This document shows, in pieces, positions 26,144-37,301 of a stretch of DNA of 64,000 bases (positions are counted from its first letter, which is position 1; every line of letters starts with the position of its first letter). The notes under the pieces were generated by a model. It did not search any database and was not told the origin of the DNA. It worked only from the letters and a program-made list of their open reading frames with translations. Origin of the DNA: Squalus acanthias (taxonomy: Eukaryota); assembly GCA_030390025.1 (NCBI GenBank), contig CM059432.1, positions 126,296,001-126,360,000 on the forward strand, in the 5' to 3' direction. The translations under genes and the position numbers were made by a program.

Positions 26144-28427
26144 TGGGTTATCATTCATCAGCTCCTGCAGAGTTTGGATATTAATCTAGTTTGTGGTTTA
26201 TGCCTTAGGTGTGCAAAATTTTGATGAAATGATCTTCATATTCCTTCCTGAGGCTAAGAAAATGTGAAGGTGATCTGCTCCCTGTTACAAGTTTCGGGCC
26301 TGCCTTAGATCGTGGTTCAGTGAGGCTGGTCACTCCCATAAGCAGTCCAAGTGTCTTGCGTTCAGGAATGTGCCAGTGTTGCCCAATATCAAATTATACA
26401 ATAGTGAAACCTAGGAGTGTAACAATAATAGTACCCCTTCATGATCTGAACTGAATGTCATGTCTTCACACGTAGCCTCATGTGAGTTTCTCCAATCTTT
26501 TCAAAAACGGACTGAAACACTTTAGTGAGACGAGGCCAGAAATGAATATTAAAAAAAAACCATATTATATCAGAAAGTATCTGAAGTCCAAATTCATTTC
26601 AAACAGCATGTTAGCCAATAAAATAAGACAAATGTTTCCGAGAGGTAAAATCAAATTGCAACATTTCAACTGAAATTAAGTTACTTTATTTTACAGACAG
26701 CAAGTCAATGTACAGAGTAACAATTATAATTAAATCTCACCTTGATTCAACGAAATGACAGAACCCTCGAGAACAAGAAAAATAATAAGATATATGCCAC
26801 ACTATCCCCATTAGCGGGCTGACTTAACTTTCCTGGTTGGCCTTCTGTTTGTGACCAGCTTTGGCCTTGAGTTGAGCACGTTTTTGCTCGCTGGGCCAGG
26901 TTTCCTCACCAGACTTAGCTGACTGACTGCCCAGGTGTCTCTTTCTTCTTACACTTCCTGTGAATGCTCAGAGAAAGTGTAAGAGTGAGGTCATCCACTC
27001 CTTCCCCCATTCAAGAATTCGCCAGTAACTTGTCAACCAAACAAACTAATGGCCCGTTCTCCCACAAGTCTATTCTCAGCAGACACCTCCATGCTGGGCT
27101 CACTGGAATCCCTAAACTAACTTTCATTGTCTAAAGCACTCTGGTTCAGGTGCCTCGTCTGAATTAGAGTTTCCACCTCTGCTGTTCTGCGAATTTAACC
27201 CCTTGAGAGCTACAGTTAACGCAATAGTAACATTTTTAACATAATTTACAGTCAGAAACCCTGGAATGTAACATGCCACTTCCAAGCCTCTATCAAGTAG
27301 CCTTGAGTGACAACTGCCAATTTTTCCGGTGCAAACTCTCATCACACTACTTATACCGTAGGACACTGATGCTCTTCTATGTGGCACCATTTCCATGCTG
27401 TAGACCTTTCTATTCAACTGCCACGCTGCAGCTTGGGAATAGTGCAAGCCGGTTGCAGATTCCTTTGCTCTGTTGCTGCTTATTGCTTTTTATAGATCTT
27501 GTTCTTTGAAGAATGGAGAAGAAAAGGTTGTGGGAGGGAGATGGCCAAGCAGCCACTAGGATTTCTTAGAGGCATTCAAAGAATCTACTGCCCTCATCTA
27601 AAATTATATGTTCAGATTCCTATGATAAATCCAAAATTTGGTTCAATTCACATTTGCTGGATTTCTCTTTAAAAAAGGTAGTGATGAGTGTGGTGTGAAA
27701 AGGGAAACTTCACAGTGGCACAGTAGGGGACTTTTCTGACTATGGAGCTGAACAGTGAGAACGGTATTCTCAGGCTTCCTGGGTGATCATAAATGTTTAC
27801 TATCCACCACCGACATACCTCTCCTCGATGACTACAATCAATTCACCAAGAGTACAGATAACTTTAATATTTAGAATATAAAATGTAGCCAATATCTTTT
27901 TTTGCTATGAAGTATAGACTGTACATGGTCTACTGGAATGAGTGGGCTCAATGGGCCAAATGTTTTTTCTCTCAATTCACAACAAGGAAGAGGTTTTTGA
28001 ACAGCTTCAAAGGCAGAGCCTGATATAGAAATTGGTTTATATAAAGATCGCTGCCTGTAAACACTTTAAAGAGATTACTTTAGGGATCATAGTGGATGTA
28101 GTGTACTGTCAAGCTGATGACATCGTCACTATGGCGATGGCATGCAGCTGTTAAGCGGTTGCAGTCAGTAATCAAAAGTATTGGGAGGGAGGCCTCAGTT
28201 TAACCCATTCAGTATCAAATGTCTTCTGCAGCTTGCGAGTTATGTGCGGTTTGTTCCAGGTATTTCCTCCACTTTTCCGTTTCAGGTTTCCCCAGGCCAT
28301 GCACTGTGCCCAGCTATGACAGTTGGAATGCAGCCTGTCCCCTAGGCCTCTGCTAATGCTGCTGTGAAGCCATTAAGAGATTGGCAAGAGTAACCTCGGG
28401 CAACTCAACCTCCAAACTGCACACCTT

Positions 28428-29224
28428 GGGGTAGAATTTAACTATCGGGCCGCCGGCCAGCCGACAGTACCTTTGGGAGGCCCAGTCCATTTTGAGGGCG
28501 TGGCCCTGTTGCCAGTGAGCCGCAGATGCCAAGCAGGGGCCGCACAGCTACTCGCCAATGCTATATCGGGCGGCACAAAGGCCTACCTGGCCAGCAGAAA
28601 AATGGGTCCAGGGGAGGGGAAGCCTGGGCTGGCAGTGGCGCTCATTATTATTGTGGAGCTCTGAGGAGCACTCCTGCTCCTCCTGGACCTACAAAGATAA
28701 TTTCAACACTCACCTTTTCAGGCCTCTTCTGCTATACCGCCAGGCTTTACTGAGCAGAGCTCCGTGGCGGATGCTTCGCCCGGTCGCCTGTTAACATGGC
28801 ATTGGGGTCTTAAATCATTAAGTGTGACTGTAGGTACGATAAGATTAAGTGTATGCTTTAGTACTACTGCATGTACTAAATACTTAATAAACCTTGTGAT
28901 AGTTTGACATTTACTTTTCAAGAACCTTATTGATTATGAGGAATAGATAGAACATAATCATAAACAAATGCATCCCCTAATGCTCTCCAATCGCACAATT
29001 GAGATGGAAATTCATCATTCTACTGCACAGGAACTGCTACTGGTATATTTACATTTTAGAACATACATGCTTTTGTACTTCTTAAAGGGGAAGGAAATGG
29101 CAGCGCTATTGCGATTTAACTCATTCGAGTGAAATCTCCGACCTGGCTCTTATTCCGCAGGTCTTCCACCCCACCACCCTCGGCAACCTTTTCGGCACCC
29201 AAAAATCGCATCAAATTTTGCCTC
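28428..29224. mobile_element. Possible degenerate Harbinger-type MITE
   Basis: GC-rich ends with imperfect TIRs ggggtagaattt / aaattttgcctc. TSD ambiguous. Confidence 0.35.
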
Positions 29225-29339
29225 TTCACTTTGACCCAGATTAAATCATAACATTTTTCAACAAGTCTCTGCCAAGTTAAATCTCAATTTCATTGGCTGT
29301 GACCCTGGCTCTCCCCTGCACTCACTGACAGTTGTAGTG

Positions 29340-30785
29340 GAAGTCTCCGGTCTAGACAGAGTGCACCTAAGGATGTTTAATGAAGTAGCTATTAAAAGTG
29401 CACACATTCTATATTTAGGCAGTCCTTGGAAACAGGAACAATGCCTGACAATCGGAGAAAAGAGAATGTAATGCCAGTCTACAAAAAGGGGCAAAGAGGT
29501 AGTCCAGGGAACTATAGGCCGATCAACCCGACATCCACTGTTGGGAAGGCACCCTGAAGGAACGAATGATGAACCACCTGAAGAAATACAGAACCATAAG
29601 TGGGAGCCGACATAGCTTTATGGGACAGAGATCATGCCTGCCAAATCTCATAGTTCTTTAAGGAGATAACAAACCTTGTGGATGGGGGAACTCAGTGGTT
29701 GTTGTCTGTTTAGATTTCAGAAAAGCATTTGATAGAGTGTCACATACAAGACTGGGCCACAAGGTTGCAGGACATGGCTTCTGAACTGGATCGCAACGTA
29801 GCTGAAGCGGAGGTTTCAAACGGCGACTGTACGTAGAACTGGAAGAGATAGCTAGTGGGGTGCCTCAGAGATCACAGCTTTTGGTGTTGCTGTTTACAAT
29901 GAACATAAATGGCTTGGAGTGGGGACACAAACAAAGCTCTCCAAATCTGTAGATATCATCAAATTGGGAGGGACTGCAAACAACCAGAAACAGGTTGATC
30001 AAATACAGAAGTGATCTGGATAGATTGGGGAGCTAGGCTGACAAGTGGCAGATGTCGTTTAATGTGGTCAACGCAAAGCCAAGAGATTGAGGAAGGATAA
30101 TAAGCAGTGACAGTATGAGCTAAACAGCGTTATTCTACAAGACACAAAGCAGGACAGAAACTTGTGGGTTCTGGTGAATAGATTTCTGAAATCATCACCA
30201 TGGTGTGCGGCAGAGGTAAAGAGAGAAAATAGGATCTCTGGTTGTATAGCTAAAGGTACACAGAATCACTAGCTGAGATGTGTGCTAAGTTTGTACAGAG
30301 TTATCAAGCCCCACATGGAGTACTGTGTACAATTCTGGTAACTGCACTCTGTGAAAGACATCCAGGCATTGGGGAGGGTGCAGCAAAGGACAACTTCATT
30401 GATGGTCGAGATTAAGCAACTGAGTTATGAGGAGAGGCTGCAAAAACTAGAAATGTCTGCACTGGAGAAGAGAAGGCCGAGGGGTGATCTTATTCAAGAT
30501 CCTAAAGGAATAAGATCAGATTTAATATTTAATAAAGTCAACGTAGTGTCAAGCTAGAGGGAGGGTGAAAAGATAGCTTTGATTTAATTACTTTACACAA
30601 AGAATGATAACGGTAAGAAATGGATTGACAAGGGAGGAATTAGGTGCTGATCAAGAGAGAGTTGGATAAGTACCTGGTGAATAATTTGATAAGAGGGCTA
30701 TGTGGTATTGTGGAATATTTCCTGGACACTGGGAAAGGCCAAATGGACCATACTGGTCTCTTCCAGTCCCATACATTATGATTTA
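29340..30785 (+). mobile_element. Old, heavily diverged CR1 LINE RT fragment
   Basis: gggaactataggccgatc, gatttcagaaaagcatttgat, LSYEERLQKL...RRPRGDLI, and a degenerate CR1 3' end. Confidence 0.75.
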
Positions 30786-31091
30786 GAAATTAATTTTTCT
30801 AACTCATTACAGTGAAGAGAAGCCCAGGATTCCAGCTCTGGAAAGTGATTAAGTATTGGATCACACTCCAGGTAGAAAAATAATTATAAAATATAATAAA
30901 AACTAGTTCTTCAGTGAGCGAGTTAGTAACTGACTGTATGAGTGATAGGTGTGTGCCTGCACAACATTCTGTCTAGTGGCGTGCATGACAACAGGTAGCA
31001 TGCCTGGTGCCAGATCATGGGTGCGGTGGTAGAGTGATGTGCATAGTGGTAGTTGACATATACATCTGCAGGGAGGTGTGCATGGTGGCAG

Positions 31092-31516
31092 GTACAGTAG
31101 TGTAGTGGTTATGTTGCTCGACTAATAATCCAGTAGAACGTGAGTTTAAATCCCACCACGACAGTTTGAGAATTTGAATTCAGTTTCAAAAATCTGGAAA
31201 TTAAAAAGCTGGTATCAGTAAAAAGTGACCATGAAGCAGAGTGTTATAAAAACCCAACTGGTTCACTAATGTCCTTTTGGGAAAGAAACCTGCCGTCCTT
31301 ACCCGATCTGGCCTATATGTGCCAGTCCCATACCAACATGGTTGACTCTTGCCTGCCCTCTGAAGTGGTCGAGCAAGCCACTCGGTTGTATTAGGTAGCT
31401 ACAAATGCGACGGTTCAAGAGAGAAGGCCTACCACCATCTTTTTGTGGCAATTAGGGATAGACAATAAATGCCACCCTTGCCAGCGATGACTATATCCCG
31501 AGAATGAACGCAAAAA
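31092..31516 (+). mobile_element. tRNA-derived SINE whose 3' tail matches the LINE at 35819-38910
   Basis: A-box-like tagtgtagtgg and B-box-like gagtttaaatccc. The tail gcaattagggatagacaataaatgcc..cttgccagcgatg..tatcccgagaatgaa is shared with the LINE 3' end. Confidence 0.7.
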
Positions 31517-33166
31517 GGTACGGTGCATAGCAATACAGTAAGTCCATGGCAGTAGGACAATGTACGTGGTGGTAGTTGGTATACAAGGGGGCAGAAAGGT
31601 GTAGATGGCAGTGTGTGGTGGCAGACCAGTGTGCTTGGTTACATTTACAGGCTTAATGGATTTGTTGTATCAAAAAAAAAATTCATTTTATTAATTCAAT
31701 TAGTGATGTACGGTTGTTACGGAATTTATTCCAATTCTGCGTTAAAAATTATGGAGTTTGCATTGACATCTTGGCAAGCTTTACCAATAATATTATAGAC
31801 CTTTCCAATGTATGTTGTAGAGAGTTTATCCTGAAGTAGACTGGAATAGATGGTCTTGATGCATGCAACATTAAATCTTTACAAAAACCAGCCAGCTCAG
31901 GGGTAGATATCTTGTGAAGAAGCCAGGAGTCGAAGGGTTAAGAGACTACTATTAAAACCTGAATATCTTCCAGATGAAATAGATGCTAAAAGGATCTTCT
32001 TGAACCCCGCCTTTGTCTTGCTCCTTTCAGAAGATGGCAGCCACCACAGGACGAACTCCAATTATATTGTGCTGTCACTTCGTTTAGCAAATATGTCAAC
32101 TTCATACTGCCAGCTTTTAGCTGAACTTATGGGCTGGAAGTGACATTTGGAAACTGCAAAAGCAAACTTTTTCTGACAGCAGAAACTGCTGTGGCGATGG
32201 ATCAACATGTGCACCCACAGGGCAGCGATTACAACTTTCCAACCTTATTTTTTTTGTTGCAAAATATGTGCTTTACTCGTTGCTTGTTCATAACCAGGAG
32301 AAAATTCTGCATTAAAACACTGAATCCTAATGTTTTTTTACTTTTCTGGACTGCAGATGGCGCTATGTTTGTAAGTTATCCCACACACAAAATGGATTGT
32401 GCTTCAGGAGAAATAAATGGTATTCTACTGCACTGTCCGATATTCTTAAATGTTATCAAGGGGAGATAAATGTACACTGACCATCTGTGCCCCTTGGTTA
32501 CGGTTTTCTGTAAAACTGCTGGTTAGAGGCAGCCTGGAGCAATGGGAGCAAATTTTTCTGAAGAGTACCCCTCTTGTGATACTGAATCAGGAGTGATTTG
32601 CGGCCCACCATTCAAATTGGGAGTGGGAAAGGACGAAATTTTGTGTATTGGAATTTTTTCCGACAGTAGAATGACACCTAGAAATTTCCATGGTCCTTTT
32701 GCCCATTGAGCTAGAAGTGACAACTTTCAATACCACTTTCTTACAGGCTGCAAAAAGCTGTTATAAAAGCATTAGTTGCACTTGTTAACCTGGGGGGTAA
32801 GGAGAGGTGAGGGAGTGGGAGGAAGATCCAATTAACTGGTCCACACTGCAGTTTCTGCGTATTGCTGGCATGTGTGGTTGATCTAAGAGTTGGCAACTAG
32901 GTGCACAAGATCTTCTCTAAGCCCAGTGAAGCATAATTGAAAGCTACCCTCTGGCAGCTGCCACCATCCTTTCCAATGGGAAATAGCTTGCTTGTTTCTT
33001 ATAAAGGGTCAAAAGCCTCAGCTGCAAAACTGTGATAATCACTGTTCTGCTGCGGTTGGTTCAAAACCATCTGCTAAGCTTGAATAGTGGGACAGTAATA
33101 GGGATGCTGAGAGGAAATTTCAGTGGCATGACCTCTTCAGAAATACTTTCATGTTTCACAACAAGT

Positions 33167-35020
33167 TAGAATTATAGAATAGTACAGCACAGAAGGAGGC
33201 CATTTGGCCCATCGAGTCTGCGCTGGCTCTTTCAAAGAGCAATCCAGTTAGTCCCACTCTTTCCCCATTTCCCTGCAATTTTTTCTCTTTCAAGTATTTC
33301 TCCAATTCCCTTTCGAAGGCTACTATTGAATCTGTTTCCACCACCCTATCAGGCAGTGCATTCTACATCCTAACCACGCATTGTGTAAAAAGGTTTTTCC
33401 TCATGTCGCCTCTGGATCTTTTGTCAATCACCTTAAATCTGTGTCCTCTCGTTATCAACCCTTTAGCCATTGGAAACAGTTTCTCTTTATTTACTCTATC
33501 TAAACCCTTCATGATTTTAAACACCTCTATCAAATCTCCTCTTAGCCTTCTTTGCTCCAAGGAGAACAACCGCAGAACTTCTCCTGTCCATCCACGTAAC
33601 TGTATTCCCTCATCCCTAGAACCATTCTGGTAAATCTCTTCTGTAGCCTCTCCAAAGCCTTCACGTCTTTCCTAAAGTGTGGTGCCCAGACTAGGACACA
33701 ATAATCCAACTGATGTTTTACATAGATTTAGCATAACTTCCTGGCTTTTGTACTCTATGCCCAGGATCCCATATGTTTTATTAACTGCTTTGTTAATCTG
33801 TCCTGCCACCTTCAAAGATTTCTGCACAAAACACCCCCAGGTCTCTCTGTTCTTGCACCCCTTTAAAATTGTACCACGTGGTGTGTATTGTCTCTCCTCA
33901 TTCTTCCTACCAAAATGTATCATCTCACACTTCTCTGTGTTGAATTTCATCTGCCATGTGTCCGCCCATTCCACTAGCCTGTCTATGTCTTCTTAAATCT
34001 TTCTCACTATTTACTGCACTTCCAAGTTTCGTGTCATCTGCAAATTTCAAAATTGTGCCCTGTAGCCCCAAGTCCAAGTTATTAATATATATGAAAAACA
34101 GCAATGGTCCTAGTACTGAGCCTTGGGGAACTCCACTATGTACCTCCCTTCAGTCCGAAAAACAGCCATTCAGCTCATCTCTGTTTTCTATCCCTTAGCC
34201 AGTTTTGTACCCATGCTGCTACTGCCCCTTTTATCCCATGGGCTTCAATTTAGCTAACAAGCCTAGTATATGGTACTTTATCAAACGCCTGTTGAAAGTC
34301 CATATACACAACATCAACTGCACTGCCCTCATCCACCTTCTGTTACCTCATCAAAAAACTCAATCAAGTTAGTCAAATACGATTTGCCCTTAAGAAATCT
34401 GTGCTGGCTCTCCTTTATTAGTCCATGCTTGTCCAAGTGGCTGTTAATTTTCTCCTAGATTATTGTTTCTAAAAGCTTCCCCACCACCTGACATTAAACT
34501 GACTGGTCTGTAATTGCCAGGTTTATCCTTCTCTCCTTTTTTGAACATAGGTTTTAACATTTGCAATCTTCCAGTCCTCTGGCACCACCCCTGCATCTAA
34601 GGAGGATTGGAAGATTGTGGTCAGCACCTCTGCAATTTCTGCCCCCAGTTCCCTCAGCAGTCTAGGATGCATCCCATCCAGACCGGGTAAATTATCCACT
34701 TTAAGTACTGCCAGCCTTTCTAGTACCTCCTTTTTATCTATTTTTATCTCATCCAGCATCCAAACAACCTCCTCGTTTACCGTAGCTTTTGCAAAGTCCT
34801 CTTCCTTGGTAGACACCGATGCAAAGTACTCATTTAGTACCCATGCTTACGCCTCCAACCCAAGATCTCCAGTTTGGTCCCTAATTGGCCCCACCACTCT
34901 TCTATAGGCATATTAATAGTAAAAGGATTGTCAGAAGACCTTTGGATTCTCTTTTATGTTAGCCGCCAATCTATTCTCATATTGTGTCTTTGCCCCTCTT
35001 ATTTCCTTTATCACTTACCT
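33167..35020 (-). mobile_element. CR1 LINE fragment (RT and 3' end)
   Basis: ORFs LEQRRLRGDLIEVFKIM, EWADTWQMKFN, PGLDGMHPRLLRE, with a (ttctat)n-like tail. Confidence 0.88.
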
Positions 35021-35357
35021 GACATGTGGAATTTCCCCTCTCTGCCCCCCCCCCCCCCACCCAGTAGAGCTTCACAATGTTACGTCATGGGGAACATTAC
35101 ACAAAACAGCAGCTCCCACACGATCTCTAACCAGGAATATTGGCAATGTTAGGAGGAATATTTGCACTCAGTAAGAATCACAGGGATTGTAAATAGATGG
35201 GGTGGGTGATAAGTTTTTAAACAGTAATCTATATCAATACATTTTTTTAAAATCAGAATGACTGAGTGTCACTCCTGGTGATTGAGGGTTGCCAGTCAGT
35301 ATACAGATGTCACATGTTATAACATTTAACAGTATGGGTGAAATTTTCAGGTCTCAA

Positions 35358-35530
35358 AACAACTTGCATTGATATAGCGCCTTTAACGTAGTAAAATGTC
35401 CCAAGGCGCTTCACAAGAGCGTTATCAAACAAAATTTGACACCGAGTCCACATAAAGAGATATTAGGCCAGGTGACCAAATGTTTGGTCAAAGAGGTAGG
35501 TTTTAAGCAGCGTCTTAAAGGAGGAGAGAG
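35358..35530 (-). mobile_element. L2 3' terminal fragment
   Basis: aacaacttgcattgatatagcgcctttaacgt... matches the L2 tails at 42760 and 56296. Confidence 0.7.
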
Positions 35531-37163
35531 ATTTTGCACAGTGGGCGGCTTCTTGGAAAATCTGGTGAGGCGACTGCTGCATGCGAGTCCCTGCCAGTGG
35601 TGTGGAGTCTCGAAGAATGTCACCCTCTAGGATAATTCAGTAGATGCTGTTTCCTCATTTAAATATCATTTTACCAAAAACAAAGAAACTGATCATATGG
35701 GAATAAAAGTTTAAAAACTGCAAACGCCGGAAATAGGATATAAAACCAGAAAATACTGCAAGTACACAGCAAATACACCAAATTCTGAAACGAGAAACGT
35801 AGGTTAATGCCTCAGGTGTTTTTTTTTTTATTAGTCGTTCCTGGAATGTGGGCGTCACTGGCAAAGCCAGCATTTATTGTCCAGCCCTAATTGCCCTTGA
35901 GAAGCTGGTGGTGAGCCGCCTTCTTGAACTGCTGCAGTCCGTGTGGTGAAGGTACTCCCACAGTGCTGTTAGGTAGGGAGTTCCAGGATTTTGACCCAGC
36001 GACGATGAAGGATCGGCGATATATTTCCAAGTCAGGATGGTGTGTGACTTGGAGGGGAACTTGGAGGTGACGCTGTTCCCATGCACCTGCTGCCCTTGTC
36101 CTTCTAGGTGGTAGAGGTCGCGGGTTTGGGAGGTGTTGTCGAAGAAGCCTTGGCGAGTTGCTGCAGTGCATCTTGTAGATATACACACTGCAGCCACGGT
36201 ACGCCGGTGGTGGAGGGAGTGAATGTTTAAGGTGGTGGATGGAGTGCCAATCAAGCAGGCTGCTTTGTCCCGCATGGTGTCGAGTTTCTTGAGTGTTGGA
36301 GCTGCACTCATCCAGGCAAGTGGAGAGTATACCATCACACTCCTGACTTGTGCCTTGTAGATGGTGGAGAGGCTTTGGGGAGTCAGGAGGTGAGACACTC
36401 GCCACAGAATACCCAGCCTCTGAGCTGCTCTTGTAGCCACAGTATTTATGTGGCTGGTCCAGTTAAGTTTCTGGTCAATGGTGACCCCCAGGATGTTGAT
36501 GGTGGGGGAATTCTACGATGGCAATGCCGTTGAATGTCAAGGGGCGGTGGTTAGACTCTCACTTGTTGGAGATAGTCATTGCCTGGCACTTGTGTGGCAC
36601 GAATGTTACTTGCCACTTATCAGCCCAAGCCTGAATGTCATCCAGGTCTTGCTTCATGCGAGCATGGACTGCTTCATTATCTGAGGAGTTGTGAATGGAA
36701 CTGAACACTGTGCAATCATCAGCGAACATCCCCACTTCTGACCTTATGATGGAGAGAAGGTCATTGATGAAGCAGCTGAAGATGGTTGGGCCTCGGACAC
36801 TGCCCTGAGAAACTCCTGCAGAAATGCCCTGGGGCTAAGATGAATGGCCCCCAACAAGCACAATCACCTTCCTTTGTGCTAGGTATGACTCAAGCCAGTG
36901 GAGAGTTTCCCCCCTGATTCCCATTGATTTCAATTTTACTAGGGCTCCTTGATGCCACACTCTGTCAAATGCTGCCTTGACGTCAAGGGCAGTCACTCTC
37001 ACCTCACCTCTGGAATTCAGCTCTTTTGTACATGTTTGGACCAAGGCTGTAATGAGGTCTGGAGCCAAGTGGTCCTGGCAGAACCCAAATTGAGCATTGG
37101 TGAGCAGGTTATTGGTGAGTAAGTGCCCCTTGATAGCACTGTCGACGACACCTTCCATTATTT

Positions 37164-37299
37164 ATACGATAGCAAAATACTGCGGATGCTGGAAATCTGA
37201 AATAACAACAGAAAACGCTGGAAAAACTCAGCAGGCCAGGCAGCATCCGTGGAGAGAGAAAGAGAGTTAACGTTTCAGGTCGATGACCTTTCGTCAGAA
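37164..37299 (-). mobile_element. 136-bp Penelope-like-derived insertion with 9-bp TSD, nested in the LINE
   Basis: CCATTATTT at 37155-37163 and 37300-37308 flanks sequence unrelated to the host RT. Contains a hammerhead motif. Confidence 0.85.
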
Positions 37300-37301
37300 C
37301 C
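37265..37301 (-). ncRNA. Minimal type-I hammerhead ribozyme motif (intact core)
   Basis: GGUU-CUGACGA-A-AGGUC(AUC)GACCU-GAA-ACGU-U-AACU: stem I GGUU/AACU, CUGANGA core, 5-bp stem II, GAAA, palindromic ACGU stem III, GUU cleavage triplet. Confidence 0.75.

Noticed and set aside
31091..31521. GGTAC as the TSD of the SINE
   Set aside because: The same gtacagtagtgtagtgg head occurs at about 40240, so the left copy may be part of the SINE itself. Not reliable.
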